Part shown: positions 1-12,925 of the stretch, piece after piece
Layout of the letters: each line of letters opens with the position of its first letter
Numbering within the stretch: the first letter of the stretch is position 1
Assembly (NCBI GenBank): GCA_951406725.2
Contig: OX597838.1
Location: 34,224,001 to 34,288,000, forward strand
DNA length: 64,000 nucleotides
Direction: 5' to 3'
Source of the DNA: Octopus vulgaris
Taxonomy: Eukaryota
Notes under the pieces: model-generated
Database searches by the model: none
The model's input: only the letters and a program-made list of their open reading frames with translations
What the model was told of the DNA's origin: nothing
Program-made: the position numbers and the translations under genes

Positions 1-50
1 GTCTTCCAATCAAATAAAATAATGATGACATACATATATACATACATAAT

Positions 51-109
<59 letters not shown>

Positions 110-427
110 TATATACATACATAAAACATATATATATATATACACATACATAAAAGATTCGAGCGAGGTCGTTGCCAGTACCGCCTGACTGGCATGTTAA
201 AGCACCCACTACACCCTCGGAGTGGTTGGCGTTAGGAAGGGCATCAAGCTGTAGAAACTCTGCCAGATCAAGACTGAAGCCTGGTGCAGCCTTCTGGTTG
301 CCCAGCCCTCAGTCAAATCATCCAACCCATGCTAGCATGGAAAGCGGACGTTAAACGATGATGATGATGATACATACATATATATACATACATACACATA
401 CGTATATACATACATATATATATATAG

Positions 428-588
428 GCGCAGGAGTGGCTGTGTGGTAAGTAGCTTGCTAACCAACCACATGGTTCCAGGTTCAGTCCCACTGCATGGC
501 ATTTTGGGCAAGTGTCTTCTTCTATAACCTTGGGCCAACTAATGCCTTGTGAGTGGATTTGGTAGACAGAAACTGAAAGAAGCCTGTC

Positions 589-663
<75 letters not shown>

Positions 664-849
664 TCCCCCTAGCATTGCTTGACAACCGATGCTGGTGTGT
701 TTACGTCCCTGTAACTTTGCGGTTCGGCAAAAGAGACTGATAGAATAAGTACTGGGCTTACAAAAAGAATAAGTCCCGGGGTCGATTTGCTCGACTAAAA
801 GGCGGTGCTCCAGCATGGCTGCAGTCAAATGACTGAAACAAGTAAAAGA

Positions 850-851
<2 letters not shown>
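428..851 (+). mobile_element. tRNA-derived SINE family A (internal (TA)n(TG)n), full length
   Basis: Head ggcgcaggagtggctgtgtggtaag (A box) ... ggttcagtccc (B box); tail ...cagcatggctgcagtcaaatgactgaaacaagtaaaaga; more than 10 copies in the window. Confidence 0.88.
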
Positions 852-903
<52 letters not shown>

Positions 904-1150
904 CTGTGTGCGTATGTATGTATGTATGTATATATAAACATATATGCAAATATATACATACACACACAATGTAAAAACCCAGCTAATTACTCGTTTAAAT
1001 ATGCAAAACTATAAACTCCAGTGGGAAATCCAAAGTACATAATCTAAATAGGTTATACGTAAATTGGTAATATTGATCTGTGTCCTGATTTCACACACAT
1101 GTGCTTGTGTGTACACATATATGTATATGTGTATATATGTATGGGTGTAT

Positions 1151-1367
1151 GCGAGCTGGCAGAAACGTTAGCGCGCCGGGCGAAATGCTTTGCGGTTTTT
1201 CGTCTGTCGTTACGTTCTGGGTTCAAATTCCGCCAAGGTCGACTTTACCTTTCATCCTTTCGGGGTCGATAAATAAAGTACCAGTTTCGCACTGGGGTCA
1301 ATGTAATCGACTTACTCCCTTTGTTTGTCCCCTCTATGTTTAGCCCCTTGTGGGTAGTAAAGAAATA
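1151..1367 (+). mobile_element. tRNA-derived SINE family B
   Basis: gagctggcagaaacgttag...ggttcaaattcc (B box)...cctttcatcctttcggggtcgataaataaagtaccag core (Meta-domain-like, from recall)...gtgggtagtaaagaaata. Other copies at about 16543-17091, 21808-22040, 26240-26460, 34993-35225, 49096-49325, 54219-54438 and 60601-60830. Confidence 0.85.
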
Positions 1368-3554
1368 TATATATATATCACCATCTGAATGTGGCCGATG
1401 CCAGCGCCACCTAGACTGGCTTCCGTGCCAGTGGCATGTAAAAAGCGCTATCTGAATTGTGGCTGATGCCAGTGCTGCCTCGACTGGCTTCTGTGCCGGT
1501 GGCACGTAAAATGCACCAATCTGATTGTGGCCGTTGCCAGCCTCACCTCACACCTGTGCAGGTGGCACGTAAAAAGCACCCACTACACTCACGGAGTGGT
1601 TGGCATTAGGAAGGGCATCCAGCTGTAGAAACACTGCTAGATCAGACTGGAGCCTGGTGCAGCCTTCTGGCTTCCCAGATCCCCGGTCGAACCGTCCAAC
1701 CCATGCTAGCATGGAGAACGGACGTCAAACGATGATGATGATGATGACAGTGACCGACCAGGCTATCAGATATTGCTACACATCGCTGGTCACAATGCAC
1801 TTCGCATTGTTTTAGCCTTCAAATGACGCCACCCCGCTGGCTAAGCGAGCAGGCCAACAGAAGAAAGAGAGAAAGTCGTGGAGAAAGAGTACAGCAGGGA
1901 TCCCCACCCCCTCTGCCGAAGGCTCGCGGAGCTTTTAGGTGTCTTCACTCAATAAATACTGACAACGACCGGTCTGGGAATTGAAACCGCAAGTCCACTG
2001 CCCTAACCACTGGGCCATTACGTCTCCACACACACATATATATCTTTTACTTGTCTCAGTCATTAGAGTGTGGCATGGTTGGGCACCGACTTGAAGAATT
2101 TTTATCAAGTGAATCGACCCCAGTGCTTATTTATTTAATTTTTTTAATCTGATCCTTATTCCATCGGTCTCCTTTACTGGACCGCAAATGTTATACAGAC
2201 GTAAACACACCAACACCTGTTGTCAAGTGGTGGTGGGGGACAGATACAGATACAATGACCCACACACACACACAATGGGCTTCTTTCAATTTCCGTCGAC
2301 CAAATCCATTCACAAAGCTTTGGTCGGCCCAAGGCTACAGTGGAAGACACTAGTTCAAGGTGTCACACAGTGGAACTGAACCCAGAACCATGCTGTTGGG
2401 AAGCAAACTTCTTACCACACAGCCACGATGATATAGATACATAGATAAATGGTTCATCTTTTACTTATTTCATTCACGAGACGTGGCCCACGCTGGGGCA
2501 CCAGCTTGAAAAGTACAGTCGAACAAATCGACCCCAGTACTTATTTATAAGGGCCATCTTTCGTTTTCACACGCAGACTTGTCCTCGTTGTTCGGAACAA
2601 TAATATGGTCCCATACGATCGAATTTTGACAGTTCTGAGGGGTATACCGAAAGAATGCCTTTTAAGTCTGGCACTTACATTCTCGGCCTCTTTTTGCCGA
2701 ACCGCTACAGGGATGTAAACAAAACTACACCGGTTGTCGAGCACATGTGTGTGTGGGGGGAGGGGGACAAACACGAAAACACACAGGACGGGCTTCTTCC
2801 AGTTTCTGTCAATCAAACACACTTACAAGACTTTGACTCGTAACCGGGACACACGTTTGCTTTGGGGTCCCTTCATATAACAAGTTTCTACATGTCTACT
2901 TTGTTTAGGCGTGTTTTCGATGATAAATCTTCGATTATTTCTGAGATGAAATTCTATGGCGATCTTTGGGTTAGAATATGACACTTTCCCCTTTCTTTAA
3001 CCCACTTTCTAAGAAAGTTCAGAAGATCTTATCTCTCCTTTTCCTTAAGCCTGCGGATGCGGCCACCTTCTTGTTTAATTAAAATAAAATGGTTTGATTG
3101 TTTTGAATTTTGTTGTTTAAAATCAGGAAGAAAAAAAAATTAAGAGAATAAGTCTTCTAAATATTTTATACCTCACGATGGAGCCTGTATCTATACAGTC
3201 ACTCGACCTGCTAGAAATCGCAGCCAATGCTACCAATTTTAAATTTAATAACAAATGAAAAAAATAAACTGCAACAACAACAACCAAAGAAACATTTTAA
3301 ACAGACACAATCACAACCTCACATCTTAGATAACAATACAAAACAGGAACAACAACAAAAAAACATTCTTAGAAATACATCAAAACACTTCTCCTGTCAC
3401 AAGTTGGCAGCTTGTAAGAGCAAAATAAGATTTATTCCATGGCCGCCAGATTTCAAGGAGTTTGAGAAAGTGAAAGTGGCACGCGAGACTAAACAATTGC
3501 CAAACACGTTTGTATCAATCAATCAATCAATCAATCAATCAATGGATATGACAT

Positions 3555-3830
3555 TATGTATGTATGCTTATGTGTGTGTATATAATATATGTATTAATGT
3601 GTGTGTGTATGTATGTATATATGTATGAATGTGTGTATATATGTATGTGTGTATGTATGTATGCATATATGTATGTGTGTATGTATGTATGCATGTGTGT
3701 ATGTATGTGTGTATGTATGTATATATGCATGTATGTGTGTATGCATAAATGCATGTATGTATGCGTGTAAGTGTGTATGTATGTATGTATGGATATATGT
3801 ATGTATGTGTGTGTGTATGTATGTATACAA
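3555..3830. repeat. (TG)/(TATG)n microsatellite
   Basis: Direct reading. Confidence 0.95.
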
Positions 3831-4454
3831 TAACAGTTAAGCTTCGTGCAATGGCCATACTCGATAACGAGGGGGGGGCAGCCATGATGTATGTATACTC
3901 ATGCATGTCCCACGGGTCGGCCTTCGACTTTTTCTGTCCAAAAGAGTTTTGCAACCCATTTTTTTTTTACAAGTTATTATTTATACCCTTAGGTACTTCG
4001 AGATCCACCGTTCCCAAAATAAAAAAAAGAATATATGTTGTGGTTAATTTTGCTTGTGTTACTAAATTCGAAGGTACACACACACACACAAGCCTCACAG
4101 GCAACTTGGAGAGTATAAGACTATAAAAGACATCAACAAAATCCAGCACGAAAAAACATTTAGCTGTTGTGTTCATCATCCGAACTTTTTCCCCCACCTT
4201 TTTTTCTTCTCTCTAGATTTTGTGGTGTTTTATTTCAATATATTCTGTTGCATAAGGATCATAAGGGTCGAAAATTGACCGTTATTTTGTAAAGGACCAA
4301 TCAAACAAGTCCGTTTTTAAAGGTGTAGCGTTTATACTAAGTCTGGACAGAATTGACATGTCGGTTCCATTCTAGCAAAAACTGTCCGACGAACGGCAAC
4401 GTGAAACTCGGAGTAACAGGTTTTGTTGAATTTCCTGCTGCTTTAAATAAAGTA

Positions 4455-4459
4455 GATAT

Positions 4460-4500
<41 letters not shown>

Positions 4501-4767
4501 CATACATATATATATACATACATATATACATACATATATATATATACATACACATATATACATACATACATATATATACACATATATATATACATATATA
4601 TATACATACATACATATATACATACATACATACATATATATATACATACATATATATATACATACATATATATATACATACATATATATATATATACATA
4701 CATACATATATATATATATACATACATATATATATATATACATACATATATACATACATATATATCA
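4455..4767. repeat. (TA)/(TACA)n microsatellite
   Basis: Direct reading. Confidence 0.95.
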
Positions 4768-5673
4768 CGCACTGTCATGGCTTACCAGCTATTTTACACC
4801 AATGGTCGTTTTAAATTGATCATCAAATAGAAGAAAAAATAATGAAAACTAGTAAACAAAACAAATCCATGAGAATCAATGAATGCCTGCCCCCCCCCCA
4901 TCCCTCATAGCATGCCTTCATCAGTTTCTATAAAGATGCTACGAGAGAGAGAGAAAGAGACAGAGAGAGAGAGAGAGAGGTTTGGATGTTTAGATTTCGA
5001 TGTCAGCAGCAGTCTATTAACAATCGATTTTACTTTGCCATCATTTTATGCCCAATAATGGTGTCGGTTGTGAGGTTTGCTGTGTGTGTCAACAGCGAAA
5101 ATAACAACGACACCACCACCACTCTATCAGTATCAGTCAGGCAAAAAAAAAAAAAAATAATAATCTTCGATCAGTTTCGTGAGGATCCCAAACAGAATAA
5201 CTAAGCAACAGATATCTAGGTCAAGTATGTGTGTATGTCTATCAATGTGTGTGTGTGACTATATATAGATATATATAGTTGGTGTCTCAACTTAAGTAAC
5301 TCAGCTGTGTATATATATATATACACATGTATATATACTCTCTCATTTACTTGTTTCAGTCATTTGACTGCGGCCATGCTGGAGCACCGCCTTTAGTCGA
5401 GCAAATCGACCCCAGGACTTATTTTTTGTAAGCCTAGTACTTATTCTATCGGTCTCTTTAGTCGAACCGCTAAGTTACGGGGACGTAAACACACCAGCAT
5501 CGGTTGTCAAGCGATGTTGGGGGTACAAACACAGACACACAAACATATATACACAGACACACAAACATACATATATACGACGGGCTTCTTTCAGTTTCCG
5601 TCTATAGTAGAAGACACTTGAACCCGGAACCATGTGGTTGGTAAACAACCTACTTATCACATAGCCACTCCTG

Positions 5674-5704
<31 letters not shown>

Positions 5705-5789
5705 GCATGTGTGGGCAGAGGACGTCGAAGGGATCGGTAAAGATCCGGACGATGACCTCAAAAGCACCTCATGAAGGAAACCGGCAAGC

Positions 5790-5834
5790 AAAGTGTTCGA
5801 ATTGCAGTGTAAACCACTGCAATTCGAACGCTTT
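5790..5834. repeat. Perfect 15-bp (20-bp with one G-T) hairpin
   Basis: gttcgaattgcagtg-taaac-cactgcaattcgaac at 5795-5829, extended by aaagt/gcttt. Confidence 0.9.
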
Positions 5835-6529
5835 CGTCTTTCGATGTCTAAAGAATGATTAGTTACACTTTTATTGAAAACTCGGTGCACCTATGAGTAA
5901 CTCAGGTGAAACTCAGAGTGACTCGACCCCCCCCCCCAAAAAAAAAAATTATTAGTCTCGCGTATGGTATTGAGTACTTCTTCTGACAATCAATACTACA
6001 CGGATATATGTGTGTGTACGTGTTTGTACACACACATTTACTAACTAACACTAATTTACTAGGTCAACTCATTAGTACCAACTGCCTTTATTAGTGGACA
6101 ATTAACCCAAAATCCCTAAATGACAATGACACGTATGTCCGTATATACTAATTTATCATTAACTAATTACAACTTAAGTAAAATTACTACTAACCCGTTA
6201 CAACCTGAATCAATAACTACAGAAACAGCTCTGTAATCATATAAATATATTGATTATGTGATTAAACGTTAATCCTAAAAAAAAAATTCGACTAAAAGCT
6301 TTTCCAATAATGCTGAGTTAAATTAAACAATAAATATGAATTATACCAATTTCCCATTAACTTATAATAAACACCTGCATTAGTAACAGTAATCGATCGG
6401 TTAAACATTACTAGAGCGTGTATATTTAACAGAAATATTGATTTTATCTTCAAATTCAGTTTTATGCAAAATCTTTAGATGTAAACAAACATCCTTAAAC
6501 GATACATACACCACTTATATACATATATA

Positions 6530-6810
6530 TATATACATATATACATATACATATGTACCACGCACCATATACACACACACACATATATACATACACACAA
6601 ATACATATATACGTATACATATGTACCACGCACCATACACACACACATATATACATACACACAAATACATATGTACAAGGCACCATACACACACACATAA
6701 ATACATATATACGTATACATATGTACCACGCACCATACACACACACACATATATATATATGCACACACACACACATAAATACATATGTACCACGCACCAT
6801 ACACACACGT
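6530..6810. repeat. Compound minisatellite
   Basis: Five copies of catatgtaccacgcaccata (one variant caaggcacc) separated by variable (CA)/(TA) spacers. Confidence 0.85.
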
Positions 6811-7309
6811 CATGGGTATTTCCATTAACCGGAAAGATTACTATTATTACTAATTTAGTATTAACCACATGATGACGATAGTCCAAATATATCTAAACAA
6901 GTGTCTGATGCAACACTTTAACTTATATAGCGACCGAAAACACGAAGACGGGGAAGGAAAATAAATCGATTAAAAATAATAGCAAAATGGAGAGGAAGGA
7001 ATAAAGAAATTATATTCAATCCTAAGAAATAATGTTCATTTGTAAGGTGATTAAAGAAGAGAAATGGTTAAAGTCAATGGCTAGAATTAACATTAGAAAT
7101 TGGCTAAAAGGTGATTTAGATGATAAAAAAATATTTTAATATTAAGTGGAATATAAATGTGTGAATTCCGTGAATTAGACGGGGTTTTTGTTTCGCTTTG
7201 TTGATTTTGTTATTTTTGGTTGTTTTGGTGGAAAAAAATGGAGAAGAGATTTTTATGTTGTGGTGTTTATGGTGGGAAAGAATGTGGGAAGACGGTAAAA
7301 ATAGCAGAC

Positions 7310-7364
<55 letters not shown>

Positions 7365-7599
7365 GGGAAGGTGAGAGAAGAGACGGGGAAAGGCTGTCTG
7401 TGTGTGCGTGTCTGGAAATGGCAGAGAAGAATAAAGAATAAGACTAAAGAACAAAAAAAAGAAGAATGGAGAGGCGGAGTAAGAGAAGAGAAGAAATGCA
7501 GAAAAAAAATATATGTATAGTAGATTCATAACAGAATGTCAAATGGAGGAGAAAGGGTTTGTCATGGAAATATGACAAAGACGAGATATTATGATTATA

Positions 7600-7723
7600 T
7601 ATGTATATATAAACAGTAAATGGAGCAGATTGACTGACAGACGAGGTTAATGAAGACGTGACGTGACTGAGCTGCAACTGATTTGTTTCAATAACAGCAG
7701 GAATAATGAAATAATGGAGACAC

Positions 7724-7785
<62 letters not shown>

Positions 7786-9679
7786 CGAGAGAGGAAGGAG
7801 GAAGTGATATAATAAAAGTAAAGAATGACTCATATTGGATCGTCGCTGACGAAACAGCCACCTTGCCAAGAAGCCGAACCCAAGCCAAGCCAAGCTACCA
7901 TGGAATTTTCAATTAATTGAGAAATAAGAGGAAGATATTTAATGAACGTAATGTAAAGGTCGTTATCCTCGTTTTAAGATTCAGCGAAATGGCAGCGACA
8001 TCTCTTGTTAGTCACGTTAAACAACCACAGCGAGAAGACAGACACACGAACAAGACAAGACGGCGGCTTTCTACTACAATGTCCGCTTCGAGGAGCAGCT
8101 TACTTCGTCTGGTAGTCGTCTGCCACCGACAAAAGCCAACCGCCTCATTTATTTCACACACCGTATTTATATACTTATAGATGTGTATATATATAACGGA
8201 AGAGGGGGGGAGAAAAAAAAGCATATTAAACTGTGTAGTAATATTTGATACATGCGCACACATAAAAAAAAATACGTGATGGTGGTCATGGTTGGAACGC
8301 TTGATCATAAAGGTGTTTCTGATTTGAGGTTAAACGAGCAGAAGTCGCTGAAACGATCAATTTGACCTCATTTATACAACAAATATGAGAATAATCTAGT
8401 CATAAATAAACCTCCCTCGGCCCCTACAATTCTGGTGATGGTCACGGTTGGGTTGCCTCTGATCATCGTTTGGTCAGTCATGTGGAACCCACATGACTGA
8501 CTGACCCTTAAGTTAGACAACAAACCCAACAATGGCGATGACAGTAGCAAAAAAAAAACCCACCACCACGTCGGCAATTACGTCTTCTGCCTTCCCTCCC
8601 CACCGTCATCATCATCATCATCATCAATGAAGCTCGACCTGCCCGAAATAGCAACCAAATCTCCCTTAAATCACCTCCACCACCTATCTATGACATTACA
8701 TGTGTCTGTATGCGTGTAATGTGACTATATAACGTAGTCGTATCATACACGATGTATAAAAATAAGAGGGGATGGTCACGGATGGAATGTCGTTCATAAT
8801 AATTTCTCTAATCATTGCTAACCAGAATGGCTCTAAAACAGCCACCACAGTAATTAAAACTGGCTCAGACAAGAAAATATTTTACAAAGCCTTTCTCTTT
8901 CTTTTCCCTACCTTACATTTTATTATTTTTAAATCAATTAAACCCTATTCCCCCCTCCCTTTATTGTCCCCTTTTTTTTTTAAACCCGAACCCTACACTT
9001 TTTATAATAGAATTATTCCCTTTTGCTCTCCCCCCCCCACCACCACGTCTTTGCTACCAAGTAAAAAAAAAAAAAAATGTGTATAGTAAAAAAAAAAAAA
9101 ATTACGCAGTAAAAACTACTGAGTTCGATAAAGAAAAAAAATGGCCAGAGATATTTTTTGGTCGATGAGTATTTTTCCTCTTTTGAGTCAGGCATAAAAA
9201 GAGAAACGAGTACCGACGTCTGAGGGAGGCAGCGTCCAAAGAATGGAAGAGCGGGCTGCCGCTGACGTCAGTGGGTTGTCTGGTAGACGTGAGGTAAATA
9301 GGTTCGAATCCTACCAACCGTCTCCTATACACAGCCAAGCGCACTACCAACAACAGATTATACACCATACTATGCCCTAAATTGACTCAACACATCAACG
9401 CACGCACACACACACACACACGTTTCCTTCATTAAAAAAAAAAATGTCCCTCCCTCCCTCACTATACTTCACCATTCAAATATTTTTTCTTTTAGTTGTT
9501 TTTTCAGTTATTTTGAGTTAAGGGGCAACGAGAGGGAAAAAGAAAACGAGTAACGAAGATAGACAGACAGTCAGCTAGCTAGATAGATACATACATACAT
9601 AGTACAGATAGACAGTCAAACAGATAGATAGATAGATAGACAGTCAGCTAGATAGATACATACATAGTCACAGTCAGAC

Positions 9680-9710
<31 letters not shown>

Positions 9711-10163
9711 CAGGCAGATAGATAGATAGATAGATAGACAGTCAGCTAGATAGATACATACATACATAGTCACAGTTACATAGACAGTCAGACAGATAAA
9801 TAGACAGACAGACAGATAGATAGATATATAAAGAGAGAGAGAGATAGCTATAGAGATAGACAGTCAGCTAGATAGATAGATAGAGAAAAAGACAGAAACA
9901 ATGAGAGAGAGAGAGACCGGGGGATAGAGATAGATAAAGCTAAAGAGAGGGGAAGTATTTATATAAAAGGCATATTGAGAGAGCGAGAGAGAAAGAGAGG
10001 TGTCGGATCGGAGGCGAAAACTTATTAAAACTACGCAGTTTTAAGTTGTCAGTCATTAAAGATTATTATGATGATGATTGGTAGTGACCAGCGACAGAAG
10101 AGATTAGAGAGAGAGAGAGAGAAAGAGAGAGGGTGGTGATTGATAGAGATTTAGATTAATAAG

Positions 10164-10194
<31 letters not shown>

Positions 10195-10850
10195 GTTGGA
10201 CGGACAAGCAAGAGATTCATTTTTTTTTTTTCATGTTTTTTTTCTTTTTTTTTTTTGGAACAAGACACAAACAACAACCAACCCTTGCGCTGTGAAGAAG
10301 GACGACGTAGATTTTGAGCGGCAGGCAATGAGCTGGCGACGGACCGGACCGGACGGACGGACACCGAAAACGGACCCCTTTTTTTTTTTTTTTGTTTTTT
10401 GTTTTTTGAATGGTTCGAATGAAGGACGGCTTTTTACGTAGCCGAGTCGTCGATTCCGGGCTTCTGCAGTAGATTTTGCGAGGGAACATGATTCCTGGAA
10501 GAACAAGAGAAACTAGGAGAGTGCAGCAGCAGTAGAGCGAAAGCAGCTGTAAATTGATGTAAGGCAGGAAGAAGCACTACGCGGCGGCCTTCTTGTTGGT
10601 TGCTTTACTTCGTACGAAGTCGACAGGCTTTGGCGCTGTCACAAGGGAGATAACTACTAGGTCAACACTAGACGTGGTTATCGACCTTGACACACGTTGA
10701 AGGTCTCTATTTCTCTCTCTCTGTCACTCACTCACTATCTTTCCTTCTCTTTCTCGCGTTTTCTCTCCCCCTCCGTCTTTCACTTAGCTACTTTGTTTCT
10801 CAACTGACAAGAGCAAAGCAAATGGAGTAGATTTCTCACCAACCAAGTAA
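7600..10850. promoter_or_regulatory. CpG-enriched, SINE-poor promoter-like region
   Basis: Locally frequent CpG, perfect CRE TGACGTCA at 9263-9270, several TGACG/ACGT cores, and an abrupt switch to AT-rich CpG-poor DNA after CAA|GTAAAG at 10846/10847. Confidence 0.35.
9555..9885. repeat. (GATA)n/(GACA)n satellite with higher-order gacagtcagctagatagata unit
   Basis: Direct reading; four cagtcagctag anchors. Confidence 0.9.
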
Positions 10851-11529
10851 AGATAGTACAAAATAATAATAATAAAGTACACTCGTTTGTAAATAGTCCC
10901 TGATATAATCTGAGAATAATACAATGTTATTTGCTGCTATGATCAGAAGTATTTTTTTAAAATTTTATATAATAATAGTCCTAATATACATCCTTACTCT
11001 CTTGTCATGTGAGTTAGCAAATACCAAGATAGACCCAATTAGCTGCCACTTGGATGGAAACCAATAATTTTGTAGATACCTCAACGGAATATATAATTAA
11101 TTTTGGCTCCAGTGATATTTACCACTGTGTTCAACTTAATTTATCCATAATAAAATTCAATAGAAAATATAAGTTTTGAAATGAGATGGAAAAAATTTTT
11201 CTATTCAAAGAACATACCTTTGTAATTATAATCAGAATTTTTTTTTAAATATAATAATAAAAGTGATTAAATTTGTATATTTTTTCCCATCAGTTTCTAA
11301 ATATACATTTATTGTTTTTTGTTTACTAATGTTAGTATTATTTGTTTTTGTTTTTTGCAAATAGTTTTAAAAGGTGATAACACTTTCAGACTATGAAACA
11401 TTTCATTCAGTTATTTTTTACATCAGTAAAAACATTTGTCAGAATCTAGAATTAAATAATCACTGAAATAATTATATGTTACACCTATAAACTAAATTAT
11501 ATTACCTACATATTAGCTACTAAGCATAT

Positions 11530-12925
11530 TATTATGATAAAAAGCAGGGTCTTCAGACGATCACCATGTTCTGCAGTATTGATGCTTAGCTCCTTTGTCA
11601 TCTCTAAATCCAGCAATCCCTTATCAAAGTAGATGTAGTGCAGACTACCAAGTCCTTTCTTCTTCAGATAATATAACATAGCTGGGGGACTGTTCTGAAC
11701 AAATGGGGACAATGTATAGTTATGAATGCTCATTAGTCTTGTTGGGAACAAGGAAACGTCACTGATGCTGGTGCAACAGTAATCAGTAACCAGTACACTG
11801 CATAAAATGGTTGGTAACAGACGCAAAATCAGATCAAGAGAATTTCATTGTTTTTTCCCAAGGACATGACAGTTTAAGTAGTGCTGGGTTACTCTGTAAA
11901 GTGGTTGTTGTTTATAAGGGAAACCAGGCCAAAACTGGAACATAATAACCAGATGTATTCTCTCACTTGCTTAGGATGGCAGAAGCTACAAATAACATCT
12001 GACTCATCCAACCCCTACCAGCTTAGAAATTAGATGTAAAATGAGGATAATGATAATTGCAAGATTAAATATGACCTTCTTTGGTGTGTTTAGAGTGCAG
12101 TTAAGTTTGGCTGCTATTTCTAGTATATGGATAGTCTGCAGTGTTGTCTTCAGTAGTACTATACAACACACAGATAATAGTAATAATAATAATAATAATA
12201 CTGGTTTCAAATTTTGGCACAATGCCAGTAATATTGGGGAAGGGGATAAATTGATTAGATTGACCCCAGGTCCTAAAATAACCAAGCAGATCACAAATTT
12301 GGCATTTGTGTATCTGACCATGTTCAACAGCAGACATTCTTCACTATACCTATCCACTACCCTAACAAATATTCTATCTAGATATTGTTGATGTGGTGGT
12401 TTCATTTCCACTTTGGTATATCTGGGACATCTGCTTAGTTACTGTCAGATAACTGGAAACGTCCGAACAGGTTTTCAAGGCATTTGTGCCCAACTTTTCT
12501 TATGTGCAAGTTCCCCTGTGTGACTAGAACACAGTTCCAATCTCTTAAAATTAATAGCAGTGATCAGGATGTCTCCAGGGAAGTTTCTCAACATCTGGAG
12601 AAATCTAGCTATCCTGTTTCTGTCGGAGCATAGATGGTCACTTATTAAAGGCACAACTTCATTGCCACTCATGTCCAGGACCACCAACTTACTGACAAGG
12701 TCCAAATCGATTGCCCAGTCCTTCAGATCGAAGAATTTTCAAAATAACACAGCTACTCTGCTGCCCTATCCAGACAAGCCATAAAATGAGAATATTTTAT
12801 GGTCATTGAAAATTGGCATGATTGTGTACACCACAGAGACCGTGGTCTGGCTCATGGTTATTGTATTTATACCAAATGACCTGAGGTCACTGAGCAATGC
12901 TTCCAGGCTGACTCCAGGCTATGCA
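11530..12925 (-). mobile_element. Degenerate L1/Tx1-clade LINE ORF2 remnant (APE endonuclease and part of RT), interrupted by short repeats
   Basis: Fragments DLDLVSKLVVLDMSG and YLDRIFVRVVDR...YTNAKFVIC resemble Tx1 endonuclease motifs (GRLVVLD; SxLDRxFV...SDHK); many stops and frameshifts. Confidence 0.6.

Noticed and set aside
2826-3110. About 68-codon minus-strand open stretch (DLLNFLRKWVKERG...)
   Set aside because: Bounded by stops, no start or convincing splice sites, no recognisable family.
10-6886. Many 60-220 aa ORFs rich in [12 protein letters not shown]
   Set aside because: Translations of (TA)n, (CA)n and (TG)n microsatellites and SINEs; the same applies to ORFs at 50229-51168 and similar sites.
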